Assembly (NCBI RefSeq): GCF_009914755.1
Contig: NC_060930.1
DNA length: 64,000 bases
Source of the DNA: the human T2T-CHM13v2.0 reference genome, Homo sapiens
Strand: one strand, 5' to 3'
This document shows, one piece after another, positions 42,791 to 61,639 of the stretch (its first letter is position 1; the number at the start of each line of letters is the position of its first letter). The notes beneath the pieces are model-generated. The model was not told the DNA's origin and made no database searches. It saw only the letters and a list, made by a program, of their open reading frames with translations. The position numbers and the translations under genes were made by a program.

Positions 42791-43061
42791 GCCAAACTTT
42801 ATGTTCCAAAGCTTTGTGGGGATATGTCTGGTAGTTGATTGGGGCAGAGAAAATGAGAAAAACTTAGTATGAAGAAAAGAGTCTTAGGCTTGAAATTAAG
42901 ACACAGGTTTAATTCTTGACCATTGCTGATCACTTGTTTCACCTTAGACAAGTCAGCCAACTTTTTTCATCTGCTCCACAGATCTGTGGTAAGGATTAAA
43001 TGAGATGACATCCATGAAACATATGACAGAATACCTTGCCATAGTGGCTACTCAGCATGTA

Positions 43062-43360
<299 letters not shown>

Positions 43361-43803
43361 TAGTTTTTAAAAGGCAAAGCAATTGAAATTTGTAAAGCAT
43401 TTGGATATCTACAAAAGTTATTTGACGAGAACATACAAGGGGACATCTCTTATGGACTGGTAATTTTAGGATTGTCCACTTGATGTTAACTAAATATCCT
43501 TCCTAATGCCAAACCAACACATGGGGTAAGAATAAGTGATGCTGGACTAAAAAAAAAATTTGATTTCTCTATCAAATGTACTTTTAGGTAAAAAAAAATA
43601 TGCAAAGTATAAAATATTTGTATGGGCAAATGTTTTACTAAGGGTGTTTGGGTTATTTTCTATTGAACAAAACCTGCTAAACCAGCATAAGATGCACTGA
43701 ACTAAAGTGCAGCAGAGATGCTACTGTCAGCAAGAGAAGGATTCAAAGAGAGGAAGCCCAATCCGAGCATTACCTGGACAATTAAACAGTCAGTTATTGG
43801 GAT

Positions 43804-43853
43804 TTTCACAATTCTTAGCTTTTTTAACTTTCACAATTCTTAGCTTTTTTAAC
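43804..43853. repeat. Perfect 25-bp tandem duplication TTTCACAATTCTTAGCTTTTTTAAC x2
   Basis: 43804-43828 is identical to 43829-43853. Confidence 0.95.
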
Positions 43854-44609
43854 TTTGAGTTTTAAAAATCATGATGGAGAGAAATTTAGTTCTTAACTTT
43901 TATTTTCTGGGCTTGATGAAGATTGAATTTCATCAGAGATGAGCTAAACAAATTAAAACTGAAGCATTTAATTTAGAAAACTCAAATTTCTTCAGCCTAA
44001 AATTGTTCATTTAAACAAGTTTGTTAGATTCTCAAATTAATAGGATACTGAATAAATATGAAATTATTCTTTCCTGGAAAGTTAAATGGAAAAACAGGAC
44101 AGAATCGCTATTTTATAACTAATACATATTAAGTCAAGAAATAGTAAAGGATTATTTGTCTTCAAGAAAACATCCTGTAAAGAATGGCAATGTTGGTGGT
44201 ATATAGATGTAAAATGCTTAAAAAGAATGATTATCTAGAAGATGTTATACATGTTATAATTATCTTTAAGTCTGCCTTCTCTAATTCTGTAAGTTAAACA
44301 CAAATATTGATACTTTAATTTTTAAAATATTTTTAAAAGTAGCTGAAAATGGGGCTCCATCCTTCAAAGTTCTAACAATACAATTTATAGTAAAGAATAT
44401 GTATGAGAAACATTTGTTCTTAGAAGTTCAGAAAAATCAAATATATAATATGAAGATAGAATAATGTAGAGAAGTTAAAGAGGAGAAAGGGGTGACTGAT
44501 TCTGAATCAAGTGAGTTTTAGCTTCTTTTAAGTGAAATCATGCATGCTCCTCACATATGCTAATGTATAAAACATCAATTTATAGAATAGTATTTGAATT
44601 ACCTGCCTA

Positions 44610-44830
44610 GGCTTTGCAAGCCTAGACCTTTGAATTTGCATTCAAATTCTTGATGTACATTTTCTAGCTGGGGGACTAGAAAGCAAGACACTTTCCTTTC
44701 AGTACCTTGGGCTCCCCATCTATTAAGTGGAGATCATTAAAATCTGCCTTGCACCGCTGTCCTAAGGATTTGAGATAAAGCATACAAAGGGCTTGGCACA
44801 TAGTAGGTGCTCCTAAATGGTAACTTTATT
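44610..44830 (+). mobile_element. MIR SINE
   Basis: CCTTGGGCTCCCCATCTATTAAGTGGAGAT...AGGATTTGAGATAA...TGGCACATAGTAGGTGCTC. Confidence 0.7.
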
Positions 44831-44914
44831 CTTCACATCAGGCTTTGCTTATACTTATAAAAGCCAGTTTTGTAGATAATTTGCTGAATAGAACTAAGAA
44901 TAGTTATAAATATT

Positions 44915-45232
44915 GGGTTAGTTTATTTGAGCTGCTATGATAACATACCATAAACTGGATGGATTATAAGCAAAGATAATTTATTTCTCACAGTCTGGAG
45001 GCTGGGAAGTCCAAGACCACAGCAGTGGCAAATTCAGTGTCCAGTGAGTACCTGCTTTCCTGTTTATAGACAGCACGTTTTTTTTCTGTAGCCTCGCATG
45101 ATGAAAGGGAGCAAGAGGGACCTCTTTCAGACGCTGGTCACCTCCCTAAAGCCCCACCTCCTGATATCCTCACATTGGAGATTAGGTTTCAACATATGAA
45201 TTTTAGGGGGACACAAACATTCATAACATAGA
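44915..45232 (-). mobile_element. MaLR LTR, MLT1A-like
   Basis: TTATTTCTCACAGTCTGGAGGCTGGGAAGTCCAAGA...TTAGGTTTCAACATATGAATTTTAGGGGGACACAAACATTCA. Confidence 0.75.
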
Positions 45233-48200
45233 AAATACATATTATTTTAAAATGCTTTCTTATTCTTTATTATGACCACTATTAAAACCAAACAGAAAAC
45301 TGTAGAACTAGCCAAGGTATCTTACAGAGATATGTTTCAGAGGAGTGTTTATTAGATTCTGTTGTATACACTATTTGTTTAGCTTTTTCTGTTTTTTAGG
45401 TCCTCGGCCTATGCTATTACAGAAAGAATATTACTCTCTTTTGTATTTACTATTGGTTTCCTGAGGGAAGCAATTATTTTAATTATTGATTATTTATGGT
45501 TTAATGGGGAACCATTGTATTCTAACTCACAGGAATAAAACAATAACAAATAGGATGCATGCAAAATATCTCATAAATGTGTACCTAACAAATAAAACAT
45601 ACATCTTCAAATACGAATATGCATTTAGAGCCTGGCTTGCTGTCTGAGGTCTTAACTTGTTCTGTGCTTCAACTCCCTATTATAATGGATGCTACACATG
45701 GAAGCTCTTGGGTCACCATTGGAGGTAATAGCGCCCTATAGAGTTTTGTGTCTGGGAAGAAGTGGACTTTGTAGTTAGGCGATTAAATATTTACCAGCTT
45801 GCCTTAAGCCAAGTACATGTTAAAGGACTATTTTGTATTATTATTTTGTTTTTAAATAGGCCCCTTTCTCTCATATTTATCTTGCCTTAATTAGGGAGTT
45901 TATTGTTTATTAAAAAGCTTTAATCTGAACTACTTTCATTGTGTGGGTGTGTGTGTGTGCTGTTTGAAACAAATGAACTAAAAATGTTTTTAATTGAGCT
46001 GCAAGTGAAGACTTGTCAATACATAAATTATACAGTATTATATATCTCTATATATGCATAAAGAGGATATTTTAATCAGCACATGTCCCTGTATTTAAAA
46101 GTTAAAAGAACCGCTCTACAGAGCTAAGAATACAGGTATTTTAATTTTTTAAATGATTATAACGGGGGAAATTCCACTGTTGTTTCTTTAGTGTTTGATG
46201 AGGGATTGTAATCTAATCAGTTTAAACGACTATAAACACAGCGATGATCATTTAAGTTGGATTTTTATTCGAAAAGTAAGTTCTTGGAATTTAGGGTATT
46301 GCACAATCTGTCCCATACAGGGGAAAAAAAAATCACCTACTTGTGATTTTTACTAATTTTTTTCCGTGAGAATAGAATCCTGCTGGGAAGCTTATTTTAT
46401 TCTCTTAGATTTGCTTCCTCCTTTTTTTCCCCCTCCGGAGAACGATGACTGGTTTACAAATAGCAATTTATATCAACTGACACAGTCCTTTTTCCTTATA
46501 CTGTTGATCTCAGAACTGTTCTGCAGTCCTGAAGTATGAAACACTATTGCCATTTTTTGGTACAGCCAGTGCTCTAAAAAATGTAAATGGATGAAAGCGA
46601 TTCAATCTATTATGGAAGCAGAAACATCTTCCTATTTGCTTTACAAATTTTTCCGAGTAAAATGCAGTCAGGTTTGTAACATTGCATAAAAACTTGTTTT
46701 AGAATTCTTTACACTAAATTAAAGATGATAAAGCAATCTGCTTTTCATACTAAACAGTGAAGTGAAAAGCATTATTTTAAAGAAATATTTCTGTTTTGTT
46801 GGTGTACGAAATTCTGTAATAGTGGCTAACTTCTTTAGGAACCTTTTTAGGTGAAACTTATGATTGACTATGAAATCTATTCTAGGACAAAATAAAATGA
46901 GAATAGAATTATATGTCTAATTAAATGATATATCTAGGCAAACTAACCATTCAAGTTTTAATTTTTATGAAAACTTTCTATGTGCCCCTGACATCTGTAC
47001 ATGTGTTTAATTTCCAGTGAGCTCAAAATACTTCAAGTGATCTCATTTGAGTATTAACTAGGGAAATACATTCACAGTCTAGCAATTTTCTTTTATGTCT
47101 ACATTATTTTAAATCATAGCATAGATTTTCCACTGTGCTTTATGACCAGAACACATTTATTTGCAAAGTATTTTCACTTACCTTATATTGTAGTATGTAG
47201 TATAGGACAATTGATACGGTCAACTGTTTAAAACGTCAGATGCAATGATAGAGCCTTAGCATTTATAGATGTAGCATTCACAGTTGCAACTCTTTCAGTT
47301 TCAGACATTTGTGAGGAATCTCATAGGTGTGTAATATGGTTTGAAATTTGTGAGGACAGCAATTCGTGCTCTGACTCTAGTCATTGGCGGCCAGTGAGCA
47401 AGCGCAACTGATCACCCAGTATCAACTTCACAATGTGGTTTCCACTAATCGGCACCTTATATTAATTTTTATGAAATAATAAAAACCTTATTTCATAGCA
47501 GGAGCGGGTACCCAAAAAGTAGTTAAATGGCTAATCCTTTATAGTTTTTATGTTTTTGGAAATTTGTGATCTCAAGACTATCCCTCAAGAATGTCAAGGT
47601 TTTGCTGAAGTTAAAGACATTTGTTATTCTGTGGTCAGATTATTTCAGTAGTTGAGATGTAGTCTCACATTAAGGGAGAAATCTGCAAACTAGAAATGGT
47701 TTGCAAATGGCAAGGCAAAGCATTCAAATAACTGTTACATGTGATAAAAATCTCTTTTGGGTTTCAGGATGACAAGGTACAGGGCCCAGGGACTGGCATT
47801 TAAAGAGAACTCCTATACACACACTTAAATTCAACAAAAAAGTCTGTATTCTATAATATCCAATTACCTTAATTGTGTAGTGGGGAAAATGAAGAGTTGA
47901 ATTTCTGGTTAGCTAGACTAGGGTAGGAAGACACCAGCTCTTTGTTTGTTTTGTGCTTTGACATTTCAATTTTCCCGCTTGGCTTTGTCCTTCTGTCTTC
48001 CCTTGACATTGATGATTTTGTTGTAGGTACGTCACCTCCTTGAATCTACTGATATGAAGAGAAAGCTATAACTAAAGTTAAGACAATGTTAAAGTAAGGT
48101 CCAATTCTCAGTTATCTACAGGGCTATCCAAAAGAAAAATGGAAATTTCATTTAAAATAGCTGCATCTTTTAAGTAGGAATATTTTGGGCTATTATATGC

Positions 48201-48559
48201 CAGACTCATCACTGGTGCTATTTAATTTCTCCTCCCATCAATGAGAGCTCTCCCTGAGACACATTGTGAGATCTTTCTGAGGATGAAATCACTTAACCCC
48301 AGCAACGCCACTGATTATTTTCAGCTACAACAACCACACTTCTATGCACACACATCAATCACGCCAAAAAACATTCTGACTAAAAAGCTCAAAAGAAAAT
48401 AATTAAGCATTCTCTTTTCCATATGAAGATATTACTGACCAGCAGAAAGTGGAAAAATGTATACATAATGTTTATAGATACTGACTTAACAATGAGTGAA
48501 CAGTTGCGTCTCACAAATTTCAGCAGCGTTGTCTTGACAGTGGATCATGGTGCTTCTGT

Positions 48560-48572
48560 GTTGCTAGGCAAC
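48560..48572. promoter_or_regulatory. Candidate RFX X-box
   Basis: GTTGCTAGGCAAC (reverse complement GTTGCCTAGCAAC), a palindromic RFX-type site in apparently non-repeat DNA. Confidence 0.45.
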
Positions 48573-50374
48573 CCGAGGGGATGGAAAATTTAAACTCAAA
48601 TTTACTTATGTATGTTAGATTTTAGACATATTATATTGAGAGTGTATTACACATGTCATTACAGGCTAGTTGTACATTTCTATTCTGTCTTTTATGTGAG
48701 TTTCTCAGTATATACATGAAAGACACTCTGCCTGTATCCTTGCTCCTCTATTTTTGAAAATTAACATAGTCCTAATATGCATTTTTATGGTCGACAGTCG
48801 TGGTATATGAGAGAAAATATGTAGCCTTTGATGTAAAAAGATTGTTTTTAAAAAAACATAAACTTTACAATATATGCTTGTGTGTGTCAGTCAGAGGGGG
48901 AGGTGGAGAGAGGCAGTGTTTCTGAAACAAGAGATCTATGAAAGAAGGGAACAGTCTGTTAGTTCCACCTGGTTCTTCTCATTTAATTACTATAATTAAT
49001 ATATGCAGAAGAAAAATTAATAGGGTTCTTAAATCCAGGGAGATATTAAATGTCAAAAATGTGGATATTTGAATTAAAGACTAATCAACTTGAACAATAC
49101 ATTATAATGTTAAAGAACTGGTAGCATATTAATTTCAAGTGAGAGTTTTAAACTTGATAACTGCAGTGGTTTTGTGAATCCAATTTTAAGAGTTAAATGT
49201 TGTGTCAATGCCATGAATCAGAGAATAGATATTTATAACAAAAGATCTGTATGAAATGATGCATAATAGATGGTGATGGCTGAAGCTGCTGAAAATTGAT
49301 GGTCTAAATCAAAAGGATGGATTAGGAATCTTTGCGGAATTATTACAGACCTGTAGTTTTGTGAGAAAAGCAGAGAATGTCAAGGTCTTTTACTTCAAGG
49401 AGGATTTGAAGTATTTGGGGGTATACATTATTGCATTAGCTTAGTCAGTTTACAGCTAGCTAGACAGTGCAAACTTGTGAAGGAGGATGTTTTCAGTATA
49501 TCACACTAGGATCATGGCACCAGTCCTGAAGAAATAGGGGGAACTTTTGATCTCCATCATACCATATACACACCTATGTGTGGGAATGCTAATGGGATAG
49601 AATCTGATACAGTTAGGGTCTGAAACACTACGAGTTCTTATGGTACTTTGATTCAATATTTAGTTGAGTAATTCTTGTTCACTTATTTGTATTATCCTCA
49701 TTAGATTGAACCTGTATAGGTTTATCTTTGAAACTAAAGATTAAATTGAATTTAAGTTCTACTGTATTTTTTATCAAGATTATTTTTAAAATAGCTTGTA
49801 TCACAGGAATCCTGAGTACATACCTAATACTATCCTCTACTGTATAGAAATTTAGTAATAATGAAAAAGTATACTCCTGGATTTGGTTTTCTGGGCAGAG
49901 AAAATTAAAAACTTTAAGCAGGTATCATGTAGAATAACATACTCAACAGATATTATTTTGTGGGTGACAATTTTTATAGACATTATATGTCAGATGAAAT
50001 AGCTAATTAACATTAATTCTATTATATTTAACATAACACCCTATATACCTCGGTGAATAAAGAAGATTTCTAAAGGATGAGTTTAAGAGGTATTGATAAG
50101 GACCAGATATTTAGTAAAGAAATCCCATGATTCCCTAGATTTGTGACTCTTCAGTGACACATTTAATTAGTTAATGCTTTGTGAATCCCAGAATTCTTTG
50201 TATATACTGTGATATACCATATTTTTGTCATAGTAACAACAATTTAATTCTGATTCTCCTATAGATGAATCTCTGCGTTCTATCTTTCATGCTACTTTGA
50301 ATTCGGTTTTTAAAACTGAATTTAAATATCACAGTACTTATCATATGATATTCAACAACCTGACTGTTTTCCAT

Positions 50375-50895
<521 letters not shown>

Positions 50896-51505
50896 TTATA
50901 TTTTTCTTCTTTAAATCAGTAATTTTTTATGTTGTTAAAATCAATTTTTGCAGAGATTAGAATGTATTTGGCCTAATTTCTCATTCTTAAGTAAAACAAA
51001 ATAAGGACATAATTTATAGACTTGACATATACTGATTTTTTGGTATAGATCACTAAATAAGTACTGAACTTTTTTCTTTAGGACGTTTAGAGTTTTTGAC
51101 AGGTATATAGTCAAGCCCTGCTCTCTTTTACTTCCTTTTTATTCTCTCTGATGATTTGTATATGAATTCATTCTTTATTGATAGTATCAACATGACAAAA
51201 CATACAAGGCCTTTGTCCTAATGGATCTTATAAATCTAATGCAGGAGGCAGACAGTAACTAAACAATATAATTGTATATGCGGTAAGTGCTATGAAGGAA
51301 TTAAACAAGGTGACACAACAGAAAGTAGTTGTGTCGGGCAATTTTAGATAAAATGGCGAGTGAATGCTGTGCATGGAGGTGACATCTTGCCAGAGACAGG
51401 AGAATGAGAAAGAGTTTGGCATGTGAAGATCGGGGAAATGAGCACATGGGGCAGAGGGAGGGAAATGTGAAAAGGCATGATGGTGGGGAGTGTTTGAGGG
51501 GTGAG

Positions 51506-53027
<1,522 letters not shown>

Positions 53028-53577
53028 TCAGATTTTCCAGTGTGTGTTGTATAAATGAAGGACCCAATTTTCTCAGACAGAAGATAAAAGGAGTTGAGGT
53101 TCGTAACGAGGTGATTTTAAGGATGGATCATAGAATCATCAAGCCAGGAAGGAGAGAGTGAAATCAAGGAGAAGGTGATGGATAGGAGAAAGGACCCTGA
53201 GTTATTATAACAGAGTCCAAGAGTCAGAGAGCTGCACAGATGGGGTGGGATATGCCAGGTCAAGGAAAGGGCCATGGGAGTGGGTGCCTGATGCGGAGAG
53301 GAGGAAAAGAGGTCAGCGAGGAGGTAAAGAGCCTGGGCACAGGCATGTTGGTAGATTTTACAGTTACATAAGGAGAGGTAGGAAGGAAGATGGCGAACCA
53401 GAAAGTAAGTCATTAATAATGGCTGGAAGGTGGTTTTATGAGGGATGTGGATTTTCAGAGAGAAAGAGAAAACTGATTAAGAAGTAGCATCAAAGAGGAG
53501 CAAAGTTGATGCACAACCTATCTCTAGATCTTGAAGGTCTTATAGAATATTGTTTCTAAGTCAGAAGTATGATGACA

Positions 53578-54483
53578 GGGGGAGGAGCCAAGATGGCCGA
53601 ATAGGAACAGCTCCGCTCTACAGCTCCCAGTGTGAGCGACGCAGAAGACGGTGATTTCTGCATTTCCATCTGAGGTACCGGGTTCATCTCACTAGGGAGT
53701 GCCAGACAGTGGGCGCAGGCCAGTGTGTGTGCGCACCGTGCGCGAGCCGAAGCAGGGCGAGGCATTGCCTCACCTGGGAAGCGCAAGGGGTCAGGGAGTT
53801 CCCTTTCCGAGTCAAAAGAAAGGGGTGACGGACGCACCTGGAAAATCGGGTCACTCCCACCCAAATATTGCGCTTTTCAGACCGGCTTAAGAAACGGCGC
53901 ACCACGAGACTATATCCCACACCTGGCTCGGAGGGTCCTACGCCCACGGAATCTCGCTGATTGCTAGCACAGCAGTCTGAGATCAAACTGCAAGGCGGCA
54001 ACGAGGCTGGGGGAGGGGCGCCCGCCATTGCCCAGGCTTGCTTAGGTAAACAAAGCAGCCGGGAAGCTCGAACTGGGTGGAGCCCACCACAGCTCAAGGA
54101 GGCCTGCCTGCCTCTGTAGGCTCCACCTCTGGGGGCAGGGCACAGACAAACAAAAAGACAGCAGTAACCTCTGCAGACTTAAGTGTCCCTGTCTGACAGC
54201 TTTGAAGAGAGCAGTGGTTCTCCCAGCACGCAGCTGGAGATCTGAGAATGGGCAGACTGCCTCCTCAAGTGGGTCCCTGACTCCTGACCCCCGAGCAGCC
54301 TAACTGGGAGGCACCCCCCAGCAGGGGCACACTGACACCTCACACGGCAGGGTATTCCAACAGACCTGCAGCTGAGGGTCCTGTCTGTTAGAAGGAAAAC
54401 TAACAACCAGAAAGGACATCTACACCGAAAACCCATCTGTACATCACCATCATCAAAGACCAAAAGTAGATAAAACCACAAAG
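53578..54483 (+). promoter_or_regulatory. L1 5'UTR: CpG-rich internal sense promoter with intact YY1 site, plus antisense promoter
   Basis: YY1 motif CAAGATGGCCG at 53589-53599; the only long CpG-dense block in the window; antisense promoter inferred from established L1HS biology. Confidence 0.9.
53684..54028 (-). CDS. ORF0: L1 antisense ORF0, C-terminally extended variant (114 aa)
   Basis: MAGAPPPASLPPCSLISDCC...VRHPFL (the 71-aa ORF0) starts at CAT 54026-54028 and reads through for 43 further residues. Confidence 0.75.
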   Translation of the reverse strand: MAGAPPPASLPPCSLISDCCASNQRDSVGVGPSEPGVGYSLVVRRFLSRSEKRNIWVGVTRFSRCVRHPFLLTRKGNSLTPCASQVRQCLALLRLAHGAHTHWPAPTVWHSLVR

Positions 54484-55500
54484 ATGGGGAAAAAACAGAA
54501 CAGAAAAACTGGAAACTCTAAAACGCAGAGCGCCTCTCCTCCTCCAAAGGAACGCAGTTCCTCACCAGCAACAGAACAAAGCTGGATGGAGAATGATTTT
54601 GACGAGCTGAGAGAAGAAGGCTTCAGACGATCAAATTACTCTGAGCTACGGGAGGACATTCAAACCAAAGGCAAAGAAGTTGAAAACTTTGAAAAAAATT
54701 TAGAAGAATGTATAACTAGAATAACCAATACAGAGAAGTGCTTAAAGGAGCAGATGGAGCTGAAAACCAAGGCTCGAGAACTACGTGAAGAATGCAGAAG
54801 CCTCAGGAGCCGATGCGATCAACTGGAAGAAAGGGTATCAGCAATGGAAGATGAAATGAATGAAATGAAGCGAGAAGGGAAGTTTAGAGAAAAAAGAATA
54901 AAAAGAAATGAGCAAAGCCTCCAAGAAATATGGGACTATGTGAAAAGACCAAATCTACGTCTGATTGGTGTACCTGAAAGTGATGTGGAGAATGAAACCA
55001 AGTTGGAAAACACTCTGCAGGATATTATCCAGGAGAACTTCCCCAATCTAGCAAGGCAGGCCAACGTTCAGATTCAGGAAATACAGAGAACGCCACAAAG
55101 ATACTCCTCGAGAAGAGCAACTCCAAGACACATAATTGTCAGATTCACCAAAGTTGAAATGAAGGAAAAAATGTTAAGGGCAGCCAGAGAGAAAGGTCGG
55201 GTTACCCTCAAAGGAAAGCCCATCAGACTAACAGCGGATCTCTCGGCAGAAACCCTACAAGCCAGAAGAGAGTGGGGGCCAATATTCAACATTCTTAAAG
55301 AAAAGAATTTTCAACCCAGAATTTCATATCCAGCCAAACTAAGCTTCATAAGTGAAGGAGAAATAAAATACTTTATAGACAAGCAAATGTTGAGAGATTT
55401 TGTCACCACCAGGCCTGCCCTAAAAGAGCTCCTGAAGGAAGCGCTAAACATGGAAAGGAACAACCGGTACCAGCCGCTGCAAAATCATGCCAAAATGTAA
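54484..55500 (+). CDS. ORF1: LINE-1 ORF1p, trimeric RNA-binding/nucleic-acid chaperone (338 aa)
   Basis: MGKKQNRK...NHAKM full length; coiled coil, RRM, and CTD motifs REKG, ARR and YPAKLS intact. Confidence 0.98.
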   Translation: MGKKQNRKTGNSKTQSASPPPKERSSSPATEQSWMENDFDELREEGFRRSNYSELREDIQTKGKEVENFEKNLEECITRITNTEKCLKEQMELKTKARELREECRSLRSRCDQLEERVSAMEDEMNEMKREGKFREKRIKRNEQSLQEIWDYVKRPNLRLIGVPESDVENETKLENTLQDIIQENFPNLARQANVQIQEIQRTPQRYSSRRATPRHIIVRFTKVEMKEKMLRAAREKGRVTLKGKPIRLTADLSAETLQARREWGPIFNILKEKNFQPRISYPAKLSFISEGEIKYFIDKQMLRDFVTTRPALKELLKEALNMERNNRYQPLQNHAKM

Positions 55501-55539
55501 AGACCATCAAGACTAGGAAGAAACTGCATCAACTAATGA

Positions 55540-59391
<3,852 letters not shown>

Positions 59392-59596
59392 ACAATGAGA
59401 TCACATGGACACAGGAAGGGGAATATCACACTCTGGGGACTGTGGTGGGGTCGGGGGAGGGGGGAGGGATAGCATTGGGAGATATACCTAATGCTAGATG
59501 ACACATTAGTGGGTGCAGCGCACCAGCATGGCACATGTATACATATGTAACTAACCTGCACAATGTGCACATGTACCCTAAAACTTAGAGTATAAT

Positions 59597-59619
59597 AATA
59601 AAAAAAAAAAAAAAAAAAA
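59597..59619 (+). terminator. L1 poly(A) signal and genomic poly(A) tail
   Basis: AATAAA at 59597-59602 merging into ~20 A, directly followed by the 3' TSD. Confidence 0.85.
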
Positions 59620-61639
59620 AGAAGTATGATGACAAATGGTCATTTTCCTTAAAATAAAATCATATATCACTACTTACTGACTTGCACCTATATGTACTTC
59701 TGGGAAATTTAGCCAGCATGTATTTCCACAATACAGGGATAGTTTTTGTTCTGTGGACTGCTAAATGATCACAGCCTAATGTATTGCCTTCTCAGTAAAC
59801 ACACGTTGACTTAAATCAGTTGGGTAAATTGTAAACTCAATTCCTTACTTTGACTTTAGTTTGCAAATTAAGAATAGTGTACTTTTCTTATTTTCAGGCC
59901 TTATTTATAATTCCTAATGCTATACACTATTATGTTACAGCTTGCACTTGTATTTTGACACTTTCTAATTATTGTCAAATTATAAATACTACTAATTAAT
60001 ATATCCTTGATTCTTCATAATATTCTATTAACCAGCACTTAACACCTTTTTCATAAAACACTTTTCAGGATATATATATAGTTAGGGCTTGTTGACACTA
60101 TTTCATCTTGATTTCAATTTATGCAATCCGAATTTTCAAGTAAAACCTCATGGAATTATCAGATTCATCACTAACTTTCAAAACTTTTATAACACATCTG
60201 CTGAGTTTTCAGACATTCATTCTGGAAAGAAAAAACATGCTGGAAAGAAAAATTTTACTTACTCTAATGTGTTTTATTTTAAATAAAAAGTCCTATAGGT
60301 TATGATTTTACTGTCCTCTTTTTTTTTCTGAAAAACATTAAGGTTTCTTTCCCAAAGCTTATTAGTTAATTGTCAGTTTTTATGTAAGCCCATGAGGTTA
60401 GACCTATATAAGGCAGTAATTTTTAATTCTCCCTCTCTTCCCACCCTTCCTTTTCTTCCCTATCTCCTTTATTTTCTTCCTTCTTCTTTATTAGTTTTTA
60501 AATATGCATATCTCTTTTTATAGGAGAAAGGATGGATAATGATTGCAGCATTCTCTGACCACTCTAATATCTCACCCTAGAAATTTTAATAAATGATTTA
60601 CTAACATTCTCATCAGGGTTTTTATTATAAAATAATATCAAAGAAAACCTGCTTTTTAAAAAAATATCTTGATACTTGTATTTTACCAAATTCATGGGTA
60701 TAGATAACTTTTTGATTTCTCATTACTTTCAAGTATCTTCTTCATGTAAAATTTTAATCAAATTTCAGATCCCATGCTTAACACATAAAAATTAATAAAT
60801 TGATGTTGAGGGACTATCACATTATTTTATACTGAAAAGTTGTTCAATTATTCTAAAGTTCTATATATTAATCCAAAGCCGTCTCTACTTGGGGGAAAAA
60901 TGTGTGTGTGTGTGTGTATGTGTGTGTATAATTTTTTGGATCTATCTATCTATGAGGATGACTGCCTTATTACAAGTTTCAGTACAATTTATATATATGG
61001 ATTATATCTACATATATATTTTTTGGTTATATATATTTTTATATATATAAACGCTTGGCCATTTTGTCTATTTACCTATCTACCTATAAACTTCAGCATT
61101 TTTTGTTTGGGTAATTAATATTTTGAAGTTTTCTCTCTTGTTTTCCTTCTTGTTTGGAATGATCTGTTTGAGACTGTGTTTTTAACAAAAGTATATGTAA
61201 GTTTGATATACTTAACCTTATTTTTCGCTAAACAACAACAAGAAAGACCCCCTAATTTTGAAAAGTGTCCATCAATATCACTGTTTGGCAGTTTATCATA
61301 AAGATTCAATCAGTATACAGTAAATCTATAATTGAATAAATAATGTTAGAAGCAAATATCACAGGCTAGGATCAGCTTAAGAAATCTCCAAAATGTGAGC
61401 CTACATAATTGAGACCAAGTGACATTTCATTTGGTGTTAACATATACTATGTAAAAATGGTATTATATTTTCAGTGTTTTAATGGAAATTTTAACATGCT
61501 TTCTGATAGTTTAATATCTTTTAACTTGTGCCAATAGATTGTTTTAGCAAGAAATGAGTGATAATCTTAATTTTATTTTCTTTTACCCGATTCAAACATT
61601 CTTGCCTTGATCTTAGAGGCTGGAGAATAGGCAGCATGA

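Noticed and set aside
48027-48093. Possible plus-strand exon (TTGTAG|GTACGTCACC...AAA|GTAAGG)
   Set aside because: All three frames stop within the segment and no protein is recognisable; unsupported without transcript data.
48518-48540. REST/NRSF-like site TTCAGCAGC...TGACAG
   Set aside because: Both half-sites mismatch the consensus and the spacing is non-canonical.
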